Positions 41,068 to 51,468 of a stretch of DNA of 64,000 bases are shown in pieces. Numbering within the stretch: the stretch's first letter is position 1; each line of letters opens with the position of its first letter. The DNA comes from Antedon mediterranea (lineage: Eukaryota > Animalia > Echinodermata): assembly GCF_964355755.1 (NCBI RefSeq), contig NC_092672.1, positions 17,807,237 through 17,871,236 of the forward strand. The letters run 5' to 3'. The notes below the pieces were generated by a model, which saw nothing but the letters and a program-made list of their open reading frames with translations, was not told the DNA's origin and searched no databases. The translations under genes were made by a program, and so were the position numbers.

Positions 41068-43208
41068 TACTTACTTACTTAAGGCGACCTCGGCCGGACT
41101 GCTATGATGGCTCTCCAGGTGATTCTATCTGTCATGGTTGTTGAAAGCTCTTCTGCTTTAAGTCCAGTGTCCTTAATTATTGTGTCTAGGTCTAGATAGG
41201 AGGTTTTAGGACGCCCTGGATTCTAATGTCCATTACATGTTGTGGTCTCCATGATTTCCTCTCAGCTTCGGAAACAGTGCCCAGCAAATCTCAATCATCT
41301 CTCTTTGATTTTCTCTGAGATGGGAGGGAGATTACCATATAGCTCTTTGTTGGTCAACCTTTCTTTCCAGCTGATATTGAAAGCAGATCTCAGCATCCTG
41401 GTGTAGCAACCATCAAGTGATTTTCTGATTTGTTTGGTAATTGTCGAGGTTTCTGACATGTTTGATTGAAATTTATATTTATACTGGGTAACCTCTTCAG
41501 TCAAAGACCCAGAGGGCCCAGTTGTTGATCAGTGGCTGTGATGTACTAATACACCGGGGTAACCCCCTACTCGTCTCGAAAGATGTACTAGGTTCTTTAA
41601 AGTGCACACGAGCTAGATGTGTACACTGGACCTACGGTTTATAGTCCTTATCCGAGAAGACTCGTTCTACCACCAGAACCATGGAGTGAGTGAGCCTCGA
41701 ACCCCTGCCGATGTTATGGCTACGTAATTACGGTTCCACTGTCTTAACCGCTCGGCCACTCACTCACTCTTTCTGCTTCATAAAGGACTACACTTTCAAC
41801 TGTAGCTTGGAACAAGCGTTGTTTGATCTTCCTTGGGAGATTTGACTTCCATATTTTGGAAAGGGCATTGGAGGATTTCCAGGCAAGTGCCTTGCGTACC
41901 CGAGATATTTAAAGTCGGTCACAGATTTGAGTTTACTGTCGTCAATGGTGAATAATTCAGCATTCTGGTCGTGGTTGAAGAGAATGCACTTTGTTTTGCT
42001 AGCATTCATGGGTAGCCCAACTTGAAGAGCAGCTTCCTCGACTTCGATCAGGAATTTCTGTGCTTGGTCTATAGTGTTTGAGTGAAGTCCAATATCATCC
42101 GCAAAGTCAAGGTCTGTTACTACCTTTGGCCCAATTTGCCGAGGTTTGATAGTAAAACCCAGTTCTTCCTTCCTACCACAGGTGGCTGTCCTGAGGCAGT
42201 AGTCCAGGGTTATTATAAATAAATACGGAGCAAGAGTATCTCCCTGTAGTACACCAGCAAGGATTTCAAAAAGCTTCGACTCGCCACCAGGGTATTGACA
42301 TTGGCTTGTGTGTAGGTATCTTCAATGGCATCAATCATGATTTTTGGGATTCCATAGGCTGTGAGTATTTTCAGCATCTTTCCTCTGTGTATGGTATCGA
42401 ATGCCTTTTTGAAGTCTATGTAGGTAATAACAGCACTGAAATTATTGGATCCGTCAAAAGGCTAGAATATGTGATACAGACCCTCCCTGAATCCATTTTG
42501 ATTTTTCCTCAGTAGATTGTCAATGTGTGGTCTAAGCCTGTTCAAGATCATTCTGTGTCATTTATTCTTGTCTTTGCAACAAGAGAATTTAGACAGATGC
42601 CTCTATAGTTGCCAGTCTGACTTAGGTCTCCTGATTTTGATACAGAGATTAGATTTAGCACAGACCACTGGTCAGGTTTCTGTCTCTCTATTAATGCCCT
42701 ATTGCAAAACTCAAGAATGATGTCAGCCATGTCACATTTGGTAAGCAGTTCTGGGGGGATGTAGTCATCTCCAAAGCTTTTTCCATTCTTATGGACTTTT
42801 TGGTTTTCTGGTACTCCTCATTATCAAACTCATCACACCTTATTCGAAATTTCTTCATTTTCCTTTCTTACCATTGGTGGATTTCCTAACAGTTGCTTGA
42901 GGTGAGTGTACCAGTTCTCAATTTGTGGGAGAGTATGCAGAGATGACAGTACTTTCTGGATTCCCACTAAATGTTGCTTTGATAATTCTTGTACTTTCAC
43001 AGGTTATGGAGGTCAGACTCTTCTTTGCAGATGGGCTCAACAGAATTCCTACTCCACCAACTGCAACTCCAGCTCTGTTTCTTGCAGCTGATGCTGTGAT
43101 TAGTTGAAACCCTTCAATGAGATTTTCATACCTTAGCTGTTCATCTATATGCACTATCCTATGTTCCTGGATGCAAAGCACATCAATGTTGTACTTCTGT
43201 GCAAGAGT
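41068..43208 (-). mobile_element. RTE-clade LINE, internally deleted and pseudogenised
   Basis: LCIQEHR..GGVGILL..SAYSPT, GVLQGDTLAPYLFII, DLDFADDI, LDGCYTRMLR; (TAAG)n 3' tail at 41068-41082. Confidence 0.9.
41456..41769 (-). mobile_element. tRNA-derived SINE with Nin/Deu-like central domain, inserted in the RTE
   Basis: A box TGGCCGAGCGG, B box GGTTCGAG; cggataaggactataaaccgtaggtcc...ttaaagaacc...gagtagggggttaccccggtgt; TSD CAGAAA restores the RTE frame YEAE|TSTITK. Confidence 0.85.
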
Positions 43209-43732
43209 ACACGTAGACGTAGGTTAACATGCCGTATTTAGCTATATGGGGCGGGTCGTATGTAAATATATAGATTTCAAATCAACCATTGATTGAACTT
43301 ATGTCATTTTGGTTCCCAAAAGAGTACTTATGATCGAGTCGAGTAAGACTTTTGAAAGGAAATATAAATTGTGACAGGTATGTGTGTTGCGGTTTAAGTT
43401 ACAATAACAAGTCTAAGCCTAGCGGTCGTACTCATATGATATGAGCGAACTGGAAACTAAAACGCCAATATGGGCCTAGGTGTACATTAACCACCGGCAT
43501 TACTACTGGGTGGGAATTAATGTAAACAATATGTTCCAGTTTTCCAAAACCATATAAAAAGTCATCTGAAATCATATTTAGCATGTAAACAGTTTTATTT
43601 CAATGATAAATGTGAATTGGCTACAAAATTCTTCAACCTTTCTTCCTGCAGAGGAAAGAAACATCATTGGTAAAAGTGACTATAAATGGGTGATATGACA
43701 GGAATTTTTGGTTGGAGAAATCTTGAACTTAC

Positions 43733-43888
43733 CCTCATTGCTATATGTACTTGAAAGAAGTGCATTTATTGCTTTTTCAATATCGCCATCATGGTTGGTT
43801 AATTGTTCTATCGCTTGTTCGCGAGAAAATCCAAGGTGTGTTATTTTGCTAATGTCCTGAGATGAAAAGCCTGATGAAGTAGATGCAT
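43733..43888 (-). CDS. DDI2: DDI1/DDI2 coding exon, UBA domain copy 1
   Basis: ttgtag|AT...G|gtaagt, 156 nt, phase 1-1; FSSQDISKITHLGFSREQAIEQLTNHDGDIEKAINALL (UBA xGF loop, terminal LL). Confidence 0.85.
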
Positions 43889-44229
43889 CTACAAATGAAG
43901 ACAACATTATTTAAGCATTTTAGTTACAGGGTTAGGGCAAGGTAGTATATTAGTGTCAGCCATAGTGCATCCAGAATGTACCTCTGCACTTATTTTGCAA
44001 ATATATCATTAGAACATCAATGATGCAATATCCCACTGTATTGAAAATATACGTTTAGAATGCATAAAGTGTCCCTTGCTATTCAGTAAAAAGCATTTCA
44101 ATCACTTGCCATAAAATCAGGAGATTCCCCATCACACAGTTGTACAAGACAACGGAAAACCTCTAATTATGCATACAGTAAAATTACATAGTAAAGTGTC
44201 ATTAAAATGGTTGGTTGTTGCAAATTTAC

Positions 44230-44404
44230 CCATTGCATCATTGGCAAGAGCTTTAGCAAGGTCCATGTCTTCAGTTAGTGCATCATCTGATGAAGGTGCA
44301 CGATTGAGCTTAGCACACGCTGGAAGCTCAGCTTCTGATAAAAATGGCGTCTCTGTTCCAGTAGTTCCTATCCTAAGAACATTCCTTTCAAGATCTATGC
44401 TACA
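44230..44404 (-). CDS. DDI2: DDI1/DDI2 coding exon (end of RVP plus UIM-like helix)
   Basis: caacag|TGT...G|gtaaat, 175 nt, phase 0-1; [33 protein letters not shown]...[14 protein letters not shown]. Confidence 0.94.
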
Positions 44405-44714
44405 CTGTTGGAATTAGAACATTTCAAAAACATGATAAGCTAGAGGGTACTCCGAGAGTACAAACCTGGTGGTGGTGCAGTTTGTTCAATGTTAGAGTTC
44501 GAGGAGAAAGGTTATTGTTGGTTCATCCAGGTATTGCCATGCACAAAATAGAACACCATAAATTTTGGGACGATTTTGTTTTCAAGTACATTTCGGTTGA
44601 ATTTCCATAATGTTCAATTAGGCGCCTTTGGCTCTAGCTTATGAATATGGGGTACATAATGAGAACGGTTGATTGTCAAAAATGATGGTACATACAAACT
44701 ATACTCAACTTTAA

Positions 44715-45269
44715 AGGACAACTTGACCGAGGACTATATTTTAACAACGTATTAGGGATGTACCTATGATTTCAGAACAAACGTGAGATTAAGGATATCA
44801 CCGCCGCCGTCAATAGTGCATCGCAAAATCTACTTTAAAATGAGTTTTCACTGTTGTTAAAATACAAGAGATAGGTACCGTCACTTCAATTCTCACAAAG
44901 CGCAAACTTTTCTAGTAAACACACTTTTAAAATAAATCGTGAAAAATATAAATGTTGAATTTTGTTCTTGTTTCTTTTGCCTATCTGGATATTAAAGTGT
45001 TTCTTCAAATTACCAGACTAAACATTTTGGCCAATTTAAGCCTAATACAGGTCAAATTAGCAATTGAAGTGACGGTACCTATCTCTTGTATTAACAACAG
45101 CGGAAACTTATTAAGTAGATTTTGCGATGCACCATTGATGTCACAGCAATTGACGGCGACGGCTGTCCGATGAGCGCATGCGGCAATATCCTTAATCTCT
45201 CGATTGTTCTGAAATCATATGTACATCCCTAATACGTTGTTAAAATATGGTCCTCGGTCAAGTTGTCCT
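44715..45269. mobile_element. Kolobok-like foldback MITE
   Basis: TTAA TSD (44711-14, 45270-73); arms of about 190 bp starting AGGACAACTTGACCGAGGAC. Confidence 0.88.
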
Positions 45270-45288
45270 TTAACTTGTGTTGTCTTAC

Positions 45289-45392
45289 CTGATGTCTTTT
45301 GAGCATGTCCAAACCAAGAAGCATATCCATTGGTTGTTCTTCAAGAATGGAAAAGGATGATTGGAGAAAATCTGGACCTATTTGTATTTGAC
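45289..45392 (-). CDS. DDI2: DDI1/DDI2 coding exon (RVP domain)
   Basis: tataag|GT...CAG|gtaaga, 104 nt, phase 1-0; [35 protein letters not shown]. Confidence 0.96.
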
Positions 45393-46269
45393 CTTATAAA
45401 GAGGCAAATGAATTAAAGTTTTACCAGTCAAATCAGTATTACTTAAATAATTGATTTTTTATATAGCTTTTTGCATATTTAATCACTATTGATGTCCAGC
45501 CATTTTTTCCTGTCAAGAGAATTTGACTTCAGAAATTGGTTTAGGGTGGTCAAACATCATTTTTGGCTTGGTTACACATTTTGAAAATGACCGGAAATGC
45601 CATTTCTGACGTTTGACCCACAACCCAGGGCATGTATGTGTCTCTGTAACTATTAGTCGTAGACACTTGAATGTGGTCTTAAATTTTTTTTAATCACATT
45701 TTGTTTGTTACACATTTTGAAAAATGAATTCATCACATCACATGATAAATTCAAACGCGTTGCCCACGATACACCATACGGTAGGCTACACCAGGCCCGT
45801 AAACTAGTTTTTATAGAGGGGTTAGAATTTGGAAGCCTTTGATAGACCAACGAATTACGATTAATTTGTATGTGTTATTCAAATTTCAAATACACCGGTG
45901 AATGATGGTTTCGTTTTTCTGACCAAGCATCCCAATTTTTTTTCGCCCAACAGCAAAAAATTGATTTGTATTGATATAAGGAAACAAAAAAACAGTGTTG
46001 GCATAGTTTGCGTTTCAATTTATCATGTGATACCTGAAAACAAAGGCTTCACTTTTTCATAACTTGTTATTCCGTTTTAAAACATATTCATTCCTAGTAT
46101 TTTAAGACCAAAACTATCACTTTGTGACCTAGTTGTTAAATATTTATATGGTCATTTTCTTGATCAGTGGTCATAATATGTCTGTTGTTGTTGTTGTTGT
46201 TGTCATTAGAGTGATATCAATATTTTGATATTAAGCAAAGACAACATTCGCTAGTTATTAAAAATGTAA

Positions 46270-46460
46270 GTCAACAGAGACGAGGGCACCCACCAACTCA
46301 GTCACGTGTATGACCCTGTCATTAAACAGAATAGGCCCTCTAGAGGTCAGTCTGTTTGATGATAGATCGTCATTATTTCTGAAGAAGCTGTCCGATCAGG
46401 ACAGCGAAACTGTCAAGGTTAGTTTTTACTAATTATTGGTTTGGAAAAAAGAATATTTTC
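46270..46460 (+). mobile_element. Penelope-like 3' end / solo pLTR
   Basis: VNRDEGTHQLSHVYDPVIK, homologous to the 11064-11366 ORF end, followed by a hammerhead motif. Confidence 0.8.
46374..46420 (+). ncRNA. minimal type I hammerhead ribozyme
   Basis: CTGAAGA-A-GCTGTCC-gatca-GGACAGC-GAAA-C-t-GTC; complete catalytic core, perfect 7-bp stem II, predicted cleavage after C46414. Confidence 0.75.
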
Positions 46461-46621
46461 AATATATGTATTAATTAATATTTACAGTACTTCGGCCTAG
46501 ATATACATCGACTACATAAAAAATACTAATATTTCAATCTTATACACATGTGCGACTTGTTCACCGAAATATACAGTAACTAATACCAAAGAAACAAATA
46601 GAAATAAAAACAATAACTTAC

Positions 46622-46750
46622 CTAAGTGAACTCTACCTATAATCTTTTGAACTCCAACACCTTTTGCAATTCCAGCCCATCGTTTATCTACTAATCGCAT
46701 GATGTTACAGCGTTTTGCACAATCTGAACTCATTATAGTCATTTGGGCAC
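46622..46750 (-). CDS. DDI2: DDI1/DDI2 coding exon (RVP domain)
   Basis: ttgtag|GT...G|gtaagt, 129 nt, phase 1-1; [43 protein letters not shown]. Confidence 0.96.
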
Positions 46751-48927
46751 CTACAAAAAAATGTGGTTGAAACAATTGTGTACAAAACAATAACTACAAA
46801 AATGTGACACATGATATGGAAATGCCAAAGTTACTGCTTGGACTTTTAAAATTTATTTTGATGTACAAATGCCGGCATATGAAAGATACATAATATTATA
46901 CATTAATGCATATATTTCACCTCTACTTTACCGTTCTGTATATTTGAGTTTAACCTTGATTTGAGTTTGACCTTGATTTTCAGATTATGGCATTAACATG
47001 CACTAAATACTGTAGGAACTTTCATCAGATACTGAATTTATTTGAATAAATGCCCGGGCGTTTATTGTTCAGGAGGGGTTTTAGGAGGACTGTTGAACCC
47101 ACAAATGTGAAAACGCCCACAAATGTGAAAACAACCACAAATGTGAAAACGCATCACCCACAAATGTGAAAACAACCACAAATGTGAAAACGCATCACCC
47201 ACAAATGTGAAAACAACCACAAATGTGAAAACGCATCCACCACAAATGTGAAAACAGCGCCCACAAATGTGAAAACGTTCATCGCCCACAAATGTGATAA
47301 CGCCCACAAATGTAAAAAAAGAGAGACTTTTTCGCCCACAAATGTAAAAAATAATCAGATCAAATTTAATGCTAGATTCAGACAAACATTACAGTATATC
47401 ATGATTGTATTGAGTTGTTTCAATAATTGTTTGTTCACGATACGTCTGTTAGGGTCGTCGTTAACACGTTTGATTATTATCATTTGCTGCTCGTGCGCGT
47501 GATATTTGCACGTTAACTCGTTTGTTTAATGAACGTAATAGTTCAAGACAATATTTGTTTTTTGCTGCGCGCGTGCACCATACTTCAAGGTCAAGGCCAT
47601 GTTATATCATTGTTGCTTCTACTGTGTGGTTGTTGGCTTACTATTATGTACGTATAGTTATAAGTCGATGTTCGTTATTTTTTTTTGCGCGCGCACACGA
47701 TACAACAAGGTCAAGGTTAAATTGCTACTTGTATGTAGTGTGTGGTTATTAACTCGTTGGCTTACTGTTATGTACGTATAGTTCCAAGTCGATGCTCGAT
47801 TCGATGTTTTTGGGCGCGTACACGATACCTCAAGGTCAAGGTCATATCTATTGCTACTTGTGGTTGTTAACTCGTTGGCTTATTGTTATGTACGTATAGT
47901 TCCAAGTCGATGGTCGATTCGATGTTTTTCGTGCGCGTGCACGATACTACAAGGTCATATATCATTGCTGCTTGAAGTGCAGTTGCAGCATTATGTACGT
48001 ATTATAGCTCCAAGGAAGTCGATGCTCGGTGTACACGATACTACAAGATCAATGCTATACTCGTCGTTCAGTTATTGCAGTAGTTCCTAATGTTCAATTT
48101 TTTTTACAAAACTATAACCACAAGATAATAATACAAGAGCTAGAGCAAGAACAACTAATAAAAGAATATTTCTTTATTTTAGAGCGATAAACAAATTGTA
48201 ACATAGAATAATACCGTAACACCAATATCCAACCAAACATAATACACGATACGATAGTATCAAACTTGTCACGAACATGTATTCTATAAAACATACTATG
48301 AAATCTATAACAATTATACTAATGGACAAAACTTCCTACTATACTACTATTTACATTCGTGGTTTAATCTGATGCTTATTGTTTAATTTGTATATCTATT
48401 TTTAGCAGATAATTATAAAGATATACGGAGAATAATATTACCTATTGAATGCATTAAAATTTAACTTTAAGCGCGATGTTGAAAGGCTAATACACACCTG
48501 CTCCAACTTAACTATCTCAATATTTGACACGGAGATTGGTAATAATATTAGTCCCATATTTATAAATAATAGATATAACTTACAAGTTATGTAGATAATA
48601 AATATTAAAAATTTTCCATTTCTTCAAATGATGAAGAATAAACAATTAAGCAGAATAATACTAATTTATGATATTAATGATAGATTTTGTACTCCGTATA
48701 TCTTTTAAATATTTTTTCAACACAAATATATTGAGCAATAGGCGGATTTACACACAAATAGTAGCTACTGTACCTTAATTTCTGTTTACTCCTATCCGAT
48801 ATAGTTTAATAATATGTATTTTTTTTGCAATCACATCCTCACCTTTCTGTAAACTTCCAACACAGTTTCGTGTTTACAGTTTCGTCGGTAATCACTACAG
48901 TTTTAAAATTGATGTTAATTTATATTA

Positions 48928-50494
48928 CTAGATGGCACGCTCGCTTCGCTCGCGTACCATCTAGGTCGTGCCCACAGATGGTTCTCGAATACACAGTATT
49001 TCCAGCGAGAAAAAAATGGAGATTTCAAATGTACGTACCGCAGGACTATAATACATTGTCGTTTACAGAAACGAATAAATATACACAATGATTTATGTAG
49101 TCAACCAAAATTAGCACCCTGGGAATTACTTCCGAGAGAGAAACAAAATGAGTCAACATTTTTTATTTGGACTCATTTAAACAAACCCAATTTGTGTTTT
49201 GTATGTAACATTAAGGGTTGAGGGATGGGGGAAGAAGATAGGTACAAAGAGGAAACATTTTAAAATATATTCTTATCCACTCAGTAACGAAATATTGTTT
49301 TTAATGTGTTAGGCCTATAATAGGCCTATAAATAATATACCACTAAATACAGTAAAACATTTACGATTTAATACGGTACTTTGTTAAAACTCTCACTGTC
49401 ATAGTCGATTGAAATAGTAAAGTACATGTAACGATACACCACTACGACGTTTATATATTTTTAAATTATTAATTAATACAAACGTTGAGAAGCAACTGTC
49501 AGTAATAACGTTTATTTATTTGTATATTATATGTTTATAATCTAACAGTAGGGCCTACCCACACTCACAGTAATAAAGTTTATTTGTATATATTTTTATA
49601 TTTCATCTAACAGTACCAACACTCACAGTAAGAAATTTGCGATTCAAATTGCGATCAAAAGTGGTTAATACCTTAACAGTATTGTACAGCATTGCAATAC
49701 TATTTATGTTTATTCTCCAAGGGGGCCCATAAATCTAAATCTATACCTCTATGGTTAAACCAAATAATTTGGAATGTTTATTTGTATATTATATGTTTAT
49801 AATCTAACAGTAGGGCCTACCCACACTCACAGTAATAAAGTTTATTTGTATATATTTTTATATTACATCTAACAGTACCAACACTCACAGTAAGAAATTT
49901 GCGATTCAAATTGCGATCAAAAGTGGTTAATACCTTAACAGTATTGTACAGCATTGCAATACTATTTATGTTTATTCTCCAAGGGGGCCCATAAATCTAA
50001 ATCTATACCTCTATGGTTAAACCAAATAATTTGGAATGTTCCATTCATCACAAATCAATACATTTGTAAAAACGTATATTAAATGTATCAAAATAGTATT
50101 TTTTAAAGAAAATCGGCCTGTCTTCAACATTATGATGCTGTACTCGAACTGTTCAACCGGTTTTCAGCTATTAAAAACAATTATCGTAGGAGGAGATAGG
50201 AAAATGCGAAGCCTCCTCGCATTTTTGTGGCGGGTATTTTTCAAGATGGACATCCATTAGACAGTGTATACCACGATCGGAAAACACCCCTATTTGGGGC
50301 AAATCGTTGAACCTAAATTCGTTTTAATCGTCAATAACTAATTATCTAACTTAATTTAATTAGTAAACAGGGTTACATCAGGTGGTTAAAATCAGTACCG
50401 AAAGTACGAACCAACTTTATATACCATCGAGTAAAAATTCTAGAAGTAAGGCGCGATTTACCGAATTTTGCCCTTACGTAAATTTATATATAGA
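48928..50494 (-). mobile_element. non-autonomous Helitron
   Basis: a|TCTATATATAAA start, 3' hairpin gcgagcgaagcgagc then CTAG|t; A|T target, no TSD. Confidence 0.75.
49514..50040. repeat. near-perfect 262-bp tandem duplication inside the Helitron
   Basis: tgtatattatatgtttataatc at 49521 and 49783; both units end ttggaatgtt. Confidence 0.92.
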
Positions 50495-50610
50495 TTAAAC
50501 ACCATAATTTTACAGAAGTTTAGGTTTAGATTTAGGTTTAAACAAGAACTATTTCTTACAAAAAACGCCGCCGTAAACAGATTTATTTATCAACTGGAAA
50601 ATTATTACTA

Positions 50611-51468
50611 TGGGCCTGTTTCTATTGAAAAATAAAAAAAGAACGGTTTTTTGGAAACCGGTTTCGGCTGTTGTTTATAAATAAAGATCGCGTTGCAGCT
50701 CAATTTTTACTCCAATAAAACCGGTTCCGTCCATGTGCGTTCGTTATGAATGACGTCATTATATACACCACAATGCAGTTCGTTAGGCGGAAGCGCGATT
50801 TGATCGAGGTCATGTTTACTTTTTTTCGCATAGCGCGATCCCCAAGAAATAGCATCCATTTCATCATAGAAGGGGGAATTATTACCTGAAACGTTATTGT
50901 GGTCCTTGGTTAAAGTATAGGTAGGCCTACGTCGCACCCTCTGATATTGTCAAGTTGAACTCGTCTATTTTTCACACGCTTTACAATATTCTTAAAAACA
51001 TGTAGGCCTATTATACGCGAGTCTTTCTTCCGACTCCCGACAAGTCCCCTCATCTTCTTTCCTTCACATATTTTTTACGAACCTCGTAATAGCATCGGTC
51101 AACATTTTTTAGTTAAATAAAATACTCACTATCTAGAGAAATAAAAATGACTTAGGCCTAGGTCCTATCGCGCGAGTTTGACTGCGAGTTGACCGCAATC
51201 ATCCCAGTGCAGCAGACTGCAGAGTTCAGTTTTTGGGGTCAAATTGAGACCGCGATTGTGTTGCAGCTAAAAATTGCTCCGCGGAAACCGGTTTCAGAAC
51301 GGTTCTTTGCGATCGAGACCGCAATCAATTGGGGTTTTTGAAACCGTTTTTAAGATCGGTTCTTTTTTGTGGTTTTTTGTGGGGACCCATTTCTGCTGGC
51401 AAGAAAAAACGGTTCTTGAAAAGAACGGTATTCAAAACCGTATTCTCTGCTCTATAGAAACAGGCCCT
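50611..51468. mobile_element. PIF/Harbinger deletion derivative with Myb/SANT-like ORF relic on -
   Basis: TIR GGGCCTGTTTCTAT; flanks CTA/TTA; YTLTKDHNNVSGNNSPFYDEMDAI resembles the Myb/SANT-like (trihelix) C-terminal motif. Confidence 0.7.

Noticed and set aside
41680-41769. Possible tRNA gene
   Set aside because: Anticodon and T arms are irregular, and it continues into a SINE body with a TSD
43871-43897. Hammerhead-like CTGATGA-A-GTAGA-tgca-TCTAC on +
   Set aside because: Lacks GAAA and stems I/III; it overlaps a coding exon boundary, so likely chance
47091-47350. CRISPR-like array of ccacaaatgtgaaaac repeats (mirrored at 52950-53207)
   Set aside because: Intervening bits are only a few nt and repetitive, there are no cas genes, the context is eukaryotic, and the arrays are TIR subrepeats
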